The notes: generated by a model not told the origin, from the sequence alone. Numbered from the stretch's first letter, positions 19,855-29,002 are shown. The stretch: DNA of 64,000 nt from an uncultured bacterium (GCA_963813815.1 CAWFAD010000011.1:128001-192000), one strand, 5' to 3'. Numbers and translations: made by a program.

Positions 19855-20573
19855 AACCGCGCGCGAATCGCTTCACGATGGAGGAGGTGCGCCGCTTCTG
19901 GGACGGCGTCGCAGGGGAATACGAGCGCGAGAACGAGATCGCCGGCTGGGTGCACGCGCAGCGGTTTCGCGAGGGAGTTCGCCGTCTTCGCCTGGGACCC
20001 GGCGCGCGGCTCCTGAACGTCTGGTGCCGCGCGGGGGGAGCCGTGCCGTTTCTTCGATCTGCCGCGCCCGGCGTGCGTCTCGTGAACGCGGAGCTCTCAT
20101 TCGGTCTCCTGCGGCGGGCTCGCGGAAAGTATCCCGGCGAGGGCTTCGTTCAGGTCTCGCTGCATGAGCTCCCCTTCGCGGACGGTTCTTTCGACGCGGT
20201 CCTTTCGCTCGAGACGCTCGAGCACGTTCCCGATCCGATCCGCTTCCTCTCCGAGCTTCGCCGGATCTTGCGCGGGGGAGGATCGCTCGTCATGAGCCTT
20301 CCTCCGTCCTCGGCGGAATGGACGAGCGATTTGGGGGATCTTCTGAAATTGCATCACGGCGAGGGACCGCATCGTTTCCTCGCTCCCCGCGAGGTAAAGC
20401 GGATGCTTGCCGAGTCGGGGCTCGAGCTGCTCGAGCACAGGGGGACGCTCTTCGTTCCGCTGCGAGGCGGTTTCTGCGAAAGGCTCGACGGACGTCTCTC
20501 GGCGCTTCTCGGCTCGGGGCCGTTCGCCCGGTTCGGGCTGAGGCAGTTCTATGTCGGCAGAGCGTCCGGTTGA
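19851..20573 (+). CDS. Class I SAM-dependent methyltransferase (degenerate motif I)
   Basis: LPFADGSFDAVLSLETLEHVPDP..ELRRILR; motif I reads LLNVWCRAG. Confidence 0.8.
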   Translation: MKPRANRFTMEEVRRFWDGVAGEYERENEIAGWVHAQRFREGVRRLRLGPGARLLNVWCRAGGAVPFLRSAAPGVRLVNAELSFGLLRRARGKYPGEGFVQVSLHELPFADGSFDAVLSLETLEHVPDPIRFLSELRRILRGGGSLVMSLPPSSAEWTSDLGDLLKLHHGEGPHRFLAPREVKRMLAESGLELLEHRGTLFVPLRGGFCERLDGRLSALLGSGPFARFGLRQFYVGRASG

Positions 20574-21867
20574 CGTTCTCCTGCGAACGGTCGTCGAGGC
20601 GGGTTTGTGCACGCGGTGCGGAACCTGCGCGGGCGCCTGTCCCGAACGCGTCATTTCATTCCCCGATCCCATCGGAGAGTGTCTTCCGGCGGCGGGCGAG
20701 GGGTGCGCTTCCTGCGGGCTCTGCCTCGCGGCTTGCCCCGGGCCGGAGCTCGCCTTCGCGCCGCTGGAGCGCGAGCTATTCGGGGAAACGCCAACGCGCG
20801 AGCTCGTCGGAGTCGTGCGGGGTGCGTGGATCGCCCATGCGACCGATCCGGGGATACGCCGCCGCGGCGCGAGCGGCGGCGTCGTGACCGCTCTTCTGCT
20901 CGATTCCCTGCGTAGGGGCGAAACGAGAGGCGCGGCGCTCTTCGCGCCGCACGCGAGCGAGCCGTGGCGCGGATGGGGAAGGATCGCCCGGACGCAGGAC
21001 GAGATCCGCGCCTCCGCCGAGAGCCGCTATCACCTGAGTCCCCTCAACGCCGTTTTGGGGGATGTCGCCCGATCCGACGGGCCGCTCGCCTACGTGGGGC
21101 TTCCGTGCCAGATCCATGGACTCCGGCGACTCGAGCGGGCGGGATGGGTGGGGCGGTCGCGCCTCGGCCCGGTGATAGGCCTCTATTGCGGGAACAATCT
21201 ATATTTCAAGGGAACGGCTGCCGTGATGCGAAAGCTCGGGATGAAGCGCATCGACGATGTGGAAAAGCTCGCGTACCGCGAGGGAACATGGCCCGGCTCG
21301 TTCTCCGTGAAAACGCGCGACGGCCGCGTTCGCTCGGTTCAGAAGCTCCATTTCAACCAGGCGATTCCGTTCTACGTCAACCGCCGGTGCCTCTTTTGCG
21401 TCGATCTCGCGGCCGAGCTCGCGGATATCTCGGTCGGGGACGGTTGGATGAGGGAAAAGCGCGATGAGGAAGGCTGGTCCGTCGTGCTCGTGCGGAGCGA
21501 GCGGGGGGAAGGCGCGTTTCGCGAGGCGCTCGCCTCCGGCGCCGTCGCGGCAAGGGAAATCTCTCTCGAAGAGGTATTCCGCATGCATGCCCACGCCTTC
21601 GATCTCAAGAAGCGCGGCGCATTCATCAGGCTCGGTCTCTGGCGGAGATTCGGATGCGCCGTGCCGCGCTACGATCGCCCGGTCCCTCGCGCGTCATTCG
21701 CGCGGCGACTCGCGGAGGTTGTCGTTTCGGCCCAGTTCGCGTTGGCCTCATCGAGGCCCGGACGGATTCTTTTCGCCGCGATGCCGCTCGGGGCGACGGG
21801 CGGGATATTCGCGCGGGCGCGAACGGTCTGGATGCGATCGGCCTCGCGATGGACGAGGGGCGCTTGA
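20551..21867 (+). CDS. FrhB/FdhB (F420 hydrogenase/dehydrogenase beta) family Fe-S flavoprotein
   Basis: CTRCGTCAGACP and CASCGLCLAACP ferredoxin motifs, ASGGVVT, VGLPCQI, IGLYC, RCLFCVD..ADISVGD. Confidence 0.87.
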   Translation: MSAERPVDVLLRTVVEAGLCTRCGTCAGACPERVISFPDPIGECLPAAGEGCASCGLCLAACPGPELAFAPLERELFGETPTRELVGVVRGAWIAHATDPGIRRRGASGGVVTALLLDSLRRGETRGAALFAPHASEPWRGWGRIARTQDEIRASAESRYHLSPLNAVLGDVARSDGPLAYVGLPCQIHGLRRLERAGWVGRSRLGPVIGLYCGNNLYFKGTAAVMRKLGMKRIDDVEKLAYREGTWPGSFSVKTRDGRVRSVQKLHFNQAIPFYVNRRCLFCVDLAAELADISVGDGWMREKRDEEGWSVVLVRSERGEGAFREALASGAVAAREISLEEVFRMHAHAFDLKKRGAFIRLGLWRRFGCAVPRYDRPVPRASFARRLAEVVVSAQFALASSRPGRILFAAMPLGATGGIFARARTVWMRSASRWTRGA

Positions 21868-21901
21868 CCGGGAGGCCGCGCTTCGATAGAGTGGGGGCCG
21901 T

Positions 21902-23272
21902 ATGGATGGCGACGGGGAAATGACACTGCGCCGCGCCCTGCGCGACTGGGAGCGGGAGCTGCTCGAGGCGGGCGATCTCTACCTCGTGGGGGGAACCGTT
22001 CGCGACATGATCCGGGGCGCGGCGGTCGACTCGATCGACGAGGATTACGTCGTTTCCGGGATCGCGCTCGAGGATCTCACGCGGATTCTCGAGCGGTTCG
22101 GTTCGCTGAGCCTCGTGGGACGCTCCTTCGGCGTGATCAAGTTCTCCGCTGGATCCGAGAGGACGGTCGACATATCCCTTCCCCGCACGGAGTTCTCGAC
22201 GGGGCCGGGGCACCGGGATTTCAACGTCCGTTTCGACCCGTCTCTTCCGATCGAAAAGGATCTCGAGCGCCGGGATTTCACGATCAACTCGATGGCATTT
22301 CAGCTCGGCGAGGAAATCCTCGTCGATCCGCTCGGGGGGCGCGGCGATCTCGACCGCGCCCTGCTGCGCGTGAACCGTGACGACTCGTTCCGCGAGGATC
22401 CGCTGAGGATTCTCCGCGGGGCGCAGTTCATGGCGCGTTTCGGCCTCTCCGTCGAGGAAGGCACGCGCGAGTGCATGCGGCGGGACCGGGGCCTCGTGGC
22501 GACGATCTCCTCCGAGCGGGTGCGGGACGAGCTCACGAAGCTGCTGCTCCTCTCGCCGAGGCCCTCGACCGGTTTTCTCTTCATGCGCGAGGTGGGAGTG
22601 CTCGAGATCGTTCTTCCGGAGCTCGACCGAACGTGGGGGGAGAGCCAGAACGAGTACCACCCGGATGACGTCTTCATGCACAGCCTGCGAAGCTGCGACC
22701 TCGCGCGGGCAAATCTCACGCTGCGTTGGAGCGCCCTGCTGCACGACCTCGGCAAGAAGGACAGAAAGCAGGTCGTCGAGGGGAGAACCGTTTTCTATCG
22801 CCACGAGCAGGATGGGGCCCGCATGGCCGAGGAGATTCTCGACCGCCTGAGATACCCGCGCGAGCTTTCCTCAAGGGTCGTCGACCTCGTGAAGCACCAC
22901 ATGTTCCACATCACCGACGAATGGTCGGACGGCGCGGTGAGGAGATTCATATCGCGCGTGGGCAGGGGGAACGTCGACGGGCTTCTCGAGCTCCGCGAAG
23001 CGGACGGTCGGGCGCGCGGCGACGGGGCGGTAGAGGCGGAGAACCGGCGGATACGGGATCGCATACGGAGCATTACGGAGTCGGATGCGGCCTTCAAGAT
23101 TCAGGATCTCGCTATCGGGGGGCGTGAGGTTATGGATGCGCTCGGGCTCGGGCCCGGGCCCGAAGTCGGGGATGCGCTTCGGCGATTGCTCGACATCGTG
23201 CTCGAGGATCCCTCGCGGAACACGCGAGAGGAGCTGCTCGCCATTATCGGGGGGAGGGGGGAAAAAATATGA
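21902..23272 (+). CDS. cca: CCA tRNA nucleotidyltransferase with HD domain
   Basis: VGGTVRD, DEDY, DLERRDFTINSM, EDPLRILR, LLHDLGK; alternative start at 21920. Confidence 0.88.
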   Translation: MDGDGEMTLRRALRDWERELLEAGDLYLVGGTVRDMIRGAAVDSIDEDYVVSGIALEDLTRILERFGSLSLVGRSFGVIKFSAGSERTVDISLPRTEFSTGPGHRDFNVRFDPSLPIEKDLERRDFTINSMAFQLGEEILVDPLGGRGDLDRALLRVNRDDSFREDPLRILRGAQFMARFGLSVEEGTRECMRRDRGLVATISSERVRDELTKLLLLSPRPSTGFLFMREVGVLEIVLPELDRTWGESQNEYHPDDVFMHSLRSCDLARANLTLRWSALLHDLGKKDRKQVVEGRTVFYRHEQDGARMAEEILDRLRYPRELSSRVVDLVKHHMFHITDEWSDGAVRRFISRVGRGNVDGLLELREADGRARGDGAVEAENRRIRDRIRSITESDAAFKIQDLAIGGREVMDALGLGPGPEVGDALRRLLDIVLEDPSRNTREELLAIIGGRGEKI

Positions 23273-23387
23273 GAGTTTCCGCAACGGGTGTCAGGGTGCA
23301 AGCCAGAGTGGGTTCGAGGGAAGGCCCCCGATGTCCAGCATGCTAAGCAACTTCGGTCTGGGCAAAGAGTTAATTGCGGAAACTCTC
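23262..23387 (-). ncRNA. Candidate novel structured small RNA (~120 nt)
   Basis: Perfect 14-bp terminal inverted repeat (23271-23284 / 23374-23387), internal helices, upstream TTGACA-18-TATATT promoter and downstream ATATTTTTT on the minus strand. Confidence 0.65.
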
Positions 23388-23394
23388 GTTGATA

Positions 23395-23424
23395 AATATA
23401 GGTAATGGAACCTATCCTTGTCAA
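23395..23424 (-). promoter_or_regulatory. sigma70 promoter of the candidate ncRNA
   Basis: TTGACA (23424-23419), 18 bp, TATATT (23400-23395); predicted +1 at ~23388/23387. Confidence 0.65.
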
Positions 23425-23472
23425 ATGGAAAAGTTCGGAAGTTGAAATTACTATGTGAGAGGCGAAACGCCG

Positions 23473-23787
23473 ATGATTGAAATGAGGCGAATCGAGAGGC
23501 TGGTCGCGGAAATAAAGAGGCAGCTTTTCCCATACAGCCATGCGAGCGACGTGGAGCGCAGCTGCGAAAGATGGGACGTGGACATTCGAGATTGCATGAC
23601 CTCATGGATGGTGGAGCAGATCAAGAACTGCCGGAAGAAAAACGGCTGCGACGGCCGTGAGCGCTGCTCGTACTACAGTCACGGAGACCTCGCGAAGAGG
23701 AATTACGAAATCTGCCGGGAGATGAGCATCCTGATGGAAAGCGGAGAGATTTCGTGCGTTCCTTCCGATAATGAATTGAAAGAATAG
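23473..23787 (+). CDS. Hypothetical Cys-rich protein (104 aa, 7 Cys)
   Basis: ORF with a GAGAGG RBS-like site, filling the gap before dnaK; no recognised family. Confidence 0.6.
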   Translation: MIEMRRIERLVAEIKRQLFPYSHASDVERSCERWDVDIRDCMTSWMVEQIKNCRKKNGCDGRERCSYYSHGDLAKRNYEICREMSILMESGEISCVPSDNELKE

Positions 23788-23790
23788 CCC

Positions 23791-23823
23791 TGCCAAATAT
23801 TGCCAATGTGGCATTGTATGGCA
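23791..23823 (+). promoter_or_regulatory. Nested palindrome TGCCA-N5-TGCCA-N3-TGGCA-N5-TGGCA (candidate activator site)
   Basis: Directly visible; ~105-135 bp upstream of a sigma54-like element. Confidence 0.5.
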
Positions 23824-23927
23824 GAGTAAGCAGCCAGCATAGTTAGCAGCTCTTGCGCCAGCCCTTCAGTCGTTCGTCTATCTTGTTATATTACAACATA
23901 ATATAGTGCTGGCGTCGAGAGCCGACG

Positions 23928-23942
23928 TGGCATGATATTTGT
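23928..23942 (+). promoter_or_regulatory. sigma54-like -24/-12 element upstream of dnaK
   Basis: TGGCATGATATTTGT versus consensus TGGCACGNNNNTTGC (GT instead of GC at -12). Confidence 0.45.
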
Positions 23943-23983
23943 TGTTGACTCAAGCGTGTTTTCTAAAAGCGAGGTGCAATACA

Positions 23984-25900
23984 ATGTCGAAGATTATTGG
24001 GATCGATCTCGGAACGACGAACTCATGCGTGGCGGTAATCGAGGGGAATGAGCCGTCCATCATACCGAATCCCGAGGGAGGGCGCACGACGCCTTCCGTG
24101 GTAGGGTTCAAGGATCATCAGCGTCTCGTCGGAGTGCTGGCTAAACGGCAAGCCGTCACGAATCCAAAAAACACGGTCTACTCGATCAAGCGCTTCATGG
24201 GCAGAAAGTTCGCCGAGGTGGCGAACGAGCGCTCCGAGGCGCCGTATGAGGTGTTTCAGGGACCGAACGGGGACGCGCGCGTGCGTCTCGACGGCAAGGA
24301 GTACACGCCGCCCGAGATCTCGGCGTTCGTGCTCCAGTATCTCAAGGAAGCGGCCGAGAAATACCTCGGCGAGAAGGTGACGCGCGCCGTCATCACCGTC
24401 CCGGCCTATTTCAACGACAGCCAGCGTCAGGCCACGAAGGACGCCGGGCGGATCGCTGGGCTCGAGGTCGAACGCATCATCAACGAGCCGACCGCCGCCG
24501 CGCTCGCCTACGGGCTCGACAAGCAGGGGGAGAAGACGATCGCCGTGTTCGATCTCGGCGGGGGAACGTTCGACATTTCCATACTCGAGATCGGAGACAG
24601 CGTTTTCGAGGTCAAAGCCACGAACGGCGACACGCATCTCGGCGGAGACGACTTCGATCAGCGCGTGATGGATTGGATCATCGCCGAGTTCAAGCGCGAG
24701 CAGGGCATCGACCTCTCGAACGACGCGATGGCCGTGCAGCGGCTGCGCGAGGCCGCCGAGAAGGCGAAGTGCGAGCTTTCGACCGTTCCGCAGGCGGAGA
24801 TCAATCTGCCCTTTATCACCGCGGACGCGAACGGCCCGAAGCATCTCGGGATGAAGCTCACCCGGGCGAAGCTCGAGTCCCTGACGGCCGATCTCATCGA
24901 ACGCACGGTGGGTCCCTGCCGGGCCTGCCTCCGCGACGCGGGATTCAAGCCCGAAGATCTCGGCGAGGTGATCCTCGTCGGCGGCGCCACCCGCATGCCC
25001 GCCGTTCAGGAGAAGGTGAAGGAGCTTTTCGGCAAGGAGCCGCACCGGGGCGTGAATCCGGACGAGGTCGTCGCTCTCGGGGCCGCGATTCAGGGAGGGG
25101 TTCTCGCCGGCGACGTGCACGACGTGCTGCTGCTCGACGTGACCCCGCTGTCACTCGGCATCGAAACGCTCGGCGGCGTCATGACGAAACTCATCAACCG
25201 CAACACGACCATTCCCACGCGCAAGAGCGAGGTCTTCTCCACCGCGGCGGACAACCAGACGACCGTGGAGATTCACGTGCTGCAGGGAGAGCGGGAGATG
25301 GCTCCCAACAACAAGTCGATCGGCCGGTTCCAGCTCGCCGGCATTCCGCCCGCGGGGCGCGGGATCCCGCAGATCGAGGTTACGTTCGATATCGACGCGA
25401 ACGGCATCCTGAACGTTTCGGCGAAGGACAAGGCGACCGGCCGGGAGCAGAAGATCATCATTCAGCCGTCGAGCGGGCTCAGCGAGAATGAGATCAAGAA
25501 AATGGTGAGCGAAGCCGAAGCGAACGCCGCCGAGGATCACGCGAAGCGCGAGGCGATCGATCTGCGAAATCAGGCGGATCAGCTCGCCTACCAGACGGAG
25601 AAGCAGCTTCTGGAGTACAAGGACAAGATTCCGGCCGAGGACGAGGCCGAGCTGCGGAGGGTCCTCGAGGAGCTCAAGGAAGCCGCGAAATCGGAGAGCG
25701 CGGAACGCATTCGCGCCGCGATCGACCGGCACAACGCGGTCTGGCAGCGCGCCTCGCAGAAAATGTATCAGGCCGCGGGGGCGGCTCAGGGCGCGGGACC
25801 GCAGGGGCCTGCCCCGGAGCCCGAGGCGCCCGCCGGAAACGCGCAGGAAGGAAAGGCGGTCGACGCGGACTACGAGATCCTCGACGACGACAAGAAATGA
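23984..25900 (+). CDS. dnaK: Chaperone DnaK (Hsp70)
   Basis: [58 protein letters not shown]. Confidence 0.98.
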   Translation: MSKIIGIDLGTTNSCVAVIEGNEPSIIPNPEGGRTTPSVVGFKDHQRLVGVLAKRQAVTNPKNTVYSIKRFMGRKFAEVANERSEAPYEVFQGPNGDARVRLDGKEYTPPEISAFVLQYLKEAAEKYLGEKVTRAVITVPAYFNDSQRQATKDAGRIAGLEVERIINEPTAAALAYGLDKQGEKTIAVFDLGGGTFDISILEIGDSVFEVKATNGDTHLGGDDFDQRVMDWIIAEFKREQGIDLSNDAMAVQRLREAAEKAKCELSTVPQAEINLPFITADANGPKHLGMKLTRAKLESLTADLIERTVGPCRACLRDAGFKPEDLGEVILVGGATRMPAVQEKVKELFGKEPHRGVNPDEVVALGAAIQGGVLAGDVHDVLLLDVTPLSLGIETLGGVMTKLINRNTTIPTRKSEVFSTAADNQTTVEIHVLQGEREMAPNNKSIGRFQLAGIPPAGRGIPQIEVTFDIDANGILNVSAKDKATGREQKIIIQPSSGLSENEIKKMVSEAEANAAEDHAKREAIDLRNQADQLAYQTEKQLLEYKDKIPAEDEAELRRVLEELKEAAKSESAERIRAAIDRHNAVWQRASQKMYQAAGAAQGAGPQGPAPEPEAPAGNAQEGKAVDADYEILDDDKK

Positions 25901-25970
25901 TCGTGGGCAGCGGGGGCGAGGCCGCGCCGGGAGCGGGGCCCTCGCCCGGGGCCGCCGCGAGAGATTTTCA

Positions 25971-26000
25971 TTGCCCGCCCTGCGTATTTTTATATAGTAT
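25971..26000 (+). promoter_or_regulatory. sigma70-like promoter for tRNA-Val/thrS
   Basis: TTGCCC followed 16-18 bp later by TATAGT/TAGTAT. Confidence 0.5.
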
Positions 26001-26020
26001 AGATGCTTCAGTGAGCGAAT

Positions 26021-26097
26021 GGGCGATTAGCTCAGATGGTTAGAGTACCTGCTTGACATGCAGGGGGTCACTGGTTCAATTCCAGTATCGCCCACCA
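26021..26097 (+). tRNA. tRNA-Val(GAC)
   Basis: GGGCGAT/ATCGCCC acceptor stem, loop TTGACAT, encoded CCA. Confidence 0.96.
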
Positions 26098-26121
26098 TTT
26101 TTTTCATACGGAGATGATCCC

Positions 26122-28050
26122 ATGCCGGATCTCGTGCTGAAGGACGGTACGCGGCGGGCGTTCGCCGAGGGAACGCCTTTCGAGACGGTGAGCGAGGCCC
26201 TTTCGGGCAAGTCGCGCCGCGAGCTCGTCGCGTTCAAGGTCGACGGAGCGCTCTACGACGTGCGCCAGCGCGTGCCGGCGGCCGCCGAAATCCATCCCGT
26301 CACCGTAAAGGACGACGAGGCGCTGGAGGTGCTCCGCCACAGCGCGTCGCATCTCATGGCGCTCGCCGTGCAGACGCTCTTTCCTCAGGCCCGGTTCGGG
26401 ATCGGGCCGTCGATCGACGACGGGTTCTATTACGACGTTTTGCTCGACCGGAGCCTCGCGCCCGAGGATCTCGAGCGCATCGAGGCGGGCATGACCGCCG
26501 CCCTGGCGGACGGGCCGCTCGCCTTTACCCGGGAGGAGCTGCCGAGCGCCGAGGCGGTCGCGCTCTTCGAGGGGCTCGGCCAACCGTTCAAGGTCGAGCT
26601 CATCCGGGACCTCGGCGTCGAAACGGTGTCGGTGTACCGCCTCGGTTCGTTCGTCGATCTCTGCGCCGGCCCGCACCTGCCCGATATTGGGATGGTCAAG
26701 GCGTTCAAGCTCCTCTCGATCGCCGGGGCTTACTGGCGGGGGGACGAGCGCAACCAGATGATGCAGCGGATATACGCCACCGCCTTTTTCAGCGACGGCG
26801 ATCTCAAGAAGGAGCTCGTGCGGCGCGAGGAGGCGAAGCGGCGCGATCATCGCCGGCTCGGACCGCAGCTCGAGCTTTTCGACATCAAGGAAGAGGCGGG
26901 GGGCGGCCTCGTGTTCTGGTATCCGAAGGGGTACCGGCTGCGGGAAACGATCGAGAACTTCTGGAAGGAAGAGCATCGCCGGCGCGGCTACGAGATCATC
27001 ATGACGCCCCACATCGCGCGGAGCAGCCTCTGGCGCACCTCGGGGCACTACGATTACTACCGCGAGAACATGTTCATCGTTCCGTCCGAGGATCAGGAGT
27101 TCGTGCTCAAACCGATGAACTGTCCGGGGCATATTCTCGTGTACCAGACCAAGCTCCACAGCTACCGCGATCTTCCGCTGCGGCTCGCGGAGCTCGGAAC
27201 CGTATACCGCAACGAGCGATCGGGCACGCTCCACGGCCTGCTGCGGGTCCGGGGCTTCACCCAGGACGACGCGCACATCTTCTGCACGCCGTCGCAGCTC
27301 CGCGACGAGGTGGACGCGTGCTTCGAGTTCGCGCACGAGCTCCTCTCCGCCTTCGGCTTCGTCGACTACCGGGTCGAGCTCAGCGTGCACGATCCGGCGA
27401 ACATGGGAAAGTACGCGGGGACCGAGGAGGAGTGGGAGCGCGCCGAGGCGAGCCTGCTCGCGGCGATCGAAAAGCGCGGCATTCCGTACCACCGGATGAC
27501 GGGCGAGGCCGTGTTCTACGGACCGAAGATCGACCTCAAGCTCATCGACGCCATCGGGCGCGGCTGGCAGGCGACGACGATCCAGTTCGACTTCAACCTG
27601 CCGCGGCGCTTCGAGGTTCAGTACGTGAACGCCGAGGGGCAGCGCGAGTACGTCTACATGATCCATCGGGCTCTCTTCGGCTCGATCGAGCGCTTCATCG
27701 GGACGCTCACCGAGCACTACGCGGGGGAGTTTCCGCTCTGGCTCGCGCCCGAGCAGGTGCGCGTGTTTCCGATCGGGCCCGGGCAGCACGACTACGTTCG
27801 TTCCGTCGTCCGCCGCCTCGTCGACGGCGGGCTTCTGGCGGAGGCGGACATGCGCGAGGAGAAGATCGGCTACCGCATCCGCGACGCGGAGCTCCACAAG
27901 ATTCCGTACATGGCCGTCGCCGGGGAGCGCGAGATGTGCGACGGCACGCTCGATATCAGGTCCAAACGAAAGGGCAGAATCGGCGTAAAGAGCGTGGACG
28001 AATTCCTGGCGGAAAGCATTGACGAGATACGCCGGAAGACGTATCTTTAA
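26122..28050 (+). CDS. thrS: Threonine--tRNA ligase
   Basis: RHSASHLMA, DLCAGPH, KPMNCPGH, RVRGFTQDDAHIFC, HRALFGSIERF. Confidence 0.98.
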   Translation: MPDLVLKDGTRRAFAEGTPFETVSEALSGKSRRELVAFKVDGALYDVRQRVPAAAEIHPVTVKDDEALEVLRHSASHLMALAVQTLFPQARFGIGPSIDDGFYYDVLLDRSLAPEDLERIEAGMTAALADGPLAFTREELPSAEAVALFEGLGQPFKVELIRDLGVETVSVYRLGSFVDLCAGPHLPDIGMVKAFKLLSIAGAYWRGDERNQMMQRIYATAFFSDGDLKKELVRREEAKRRDHRRLGPQLELFDIKEEAGGGLVFWYPKGYRLRETIENFWKEEHRRRGYEIIMTPHIARSSLWRTSGHYDYYRENMFIVPSEDQEFVLKPMNCPGHILVYQTKLHSYRDLPLRLAELGTVYRNERSGTLHGLLRVRGFTQDDAHIFCTPSQLRDEVDACFEFAHELLSAFGFVDYRVELSVHDPANMGKYAGTEEEWERAEASLLAAIEKRGIPYHRMTGEAVFYGPKIDLKLIDAIGRGWQATTIQFDFNLPRRFEVQYVNAEGQREYVYMIHRALFGSIERFIGTLTEHYAGEFPLWLAPEQVRVFPIGPGQHDYVRSVVRRLVDGGLLAEADMREEKIGYRIRDAELHKIPYMAVAGEREMCDGTLDIRSKRKGRIGVKSVDEFLAESIDEIRRKTYL

Positions 28051-28069
28051 AGTCGGAAAAAGACAGGGC

Positions 28070-28178
28070 AAGCGGGGGCGCCGGACGCCCTCCACCTTAC
28101 GATCTTTATTGTATCCGTAGGGTTTCATCGGCGACCGTTGCGAACGGGCGGGTGGAACGTCTACCCGCCCGTTTCATT
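28070..28178 (+). ncRNA. L20-leader-like cis-regulatory RNA with terminator hairpin
   Basis: AAGC-hairpin-CACCTT...AGGGTT layout recalling the Firmicutes L20 leader, then a 15-bp hairpin (28142-28174) just before infC. Confidence 0.55.
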
Positions 28179-28199
28179 GTCGAGGCAGGAGGTGGCAAC

Positions 28200-28739
28200 A
28201 TTAAGGAACGGGAACGAGAGAAGCGGGTTCGAGTGAACGAGCAGATCCGGATTCCCGAGATCCGCGTCATCGACCCCGAGGGAAAGCAGCTCGGAGTGCT
28301 TCCCACGCCGGAGGCGCTCCGTATGGCGGAAGAGTTGGAGCTCGATCTCGTCGAGATCTCTCCGACCTCGCGCCCGCCCGTCTGCAAGATCATGGACTTC
28401 GGCAAGTTCAAATACGAGCAGAGCAAAAAGGCGCGGGATTCGAAACGCAAGCAGCACACGGCCCATCTGAAGGAGATAAAGATCCGGCCAAAGATCGAAG
28501 AGCACGATCTGCAGTTCAAGATGCGCAACGCCGAGAGGTTCTTGCTCGAGAAGGACAAGGTCAAGATCACCGTTGTGTTCCGCGGCCGAGAGATGGAGCA
28601 CCTCGATCTGGGGCGCAAGCTCCTCGATCGCGTCGTGAACACGTTCACCGACATCGCCATCATCGAAAAGGACGCGGTGCAGGTCGGGCGCATGCTGTCG
28701 CTCATCCTGGGCCCGCGGTCCGAGAGGAAAGGGAGCTGA
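28200..28739 (+). CDS. infC: Translation initiation factor IF-3 (ATT start)
   Basis: AGGAGG then in-frame ATT at 28200; [29 protein letters not shown]. Confidence 0.95.
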   Translation: MKEREREKRVRVNEQIRIPEIRVIDPEGKQLGVLPTPEALRMAEELELDLVEISPTSRPPVCKIMDFGKFKYEQSKKARDSKRKQHTAHLKEIKIRPKIEEHDLQFKMRNAERFLLEKDKVKITVVFRGREMEHLDLGRKLLDRVVNTFTDIAIIEKDAVQVGRMLSLILGPRSERKGS

Positions 28740-28747
28740 AGAGAGGC

Positions 28748-28942
28748 ATGCCGAAACTGAAGACCAATCGCGCGGCCCGGAAACGCTTCCGCGTCACCGG
28801 GACCGGCAAGATAAAGCGGACGAAAGCGTACGCGAGCCACATTCTCACGAAGAAGACGAGCAAGCGCAAGCGGGGCCTGCGTCGTGGAACGACGGTGGCG
28901 GCGAGCGACGCTCGGCGCGTCAAACGAATGCTCGGGATGTAG
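28748..28942 (+). CDS. rpmI: 50S ribosomal protein L35
   Basis: [22 protein letters not shown]. Confidence 0.97.
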   Translation: MPKLKTNRAARKRFRVTGTGKIKRTKAYASHILTKKTSKRKRGLRRGTTVAASDARRVKRMLGM

Positions 28943-29002
28943 GACACTGGGACAAGGATTCATGAAGACGCGGCCGTGCGCGGCCGCAGGAGGAAGCGAC
29001 AG

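Noticed and set aside
17383..23272. Genomic island integrated at tRNA-Leu (also considered at tRNA-Arg 44631)
   Set aside because: No integrase, no duplicated tRNA 3' end seen, composition like the host
23271..23387. Inverted repeat read as retron msr-msd, MITE or tRNA remnant (plus-strand GGGTTCGAG)
   Set aside because: No reverse transcriptase or transposase in the window, no target-site duplication, no T-stem or cloverleaf. A MITE cannot be fully excluded without the rest of the genome.
23085..23405. 106-aa ORF across the cca end and intergenic region
   Set aside because: Overlaps cca out of frame; the region is better explained by the minus-strand RNA and its promoter
23843..23870. TTAGCAGCTC resembling the left arm of CIRCE upstream of dnaK
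   Set aside because: No GAGTGCTAA right arm at 9-bp spacing
25911..25950. GC-rich hairpin after dnaK as an intrinsic terminator
   Set aside because: No adjacent U-tract
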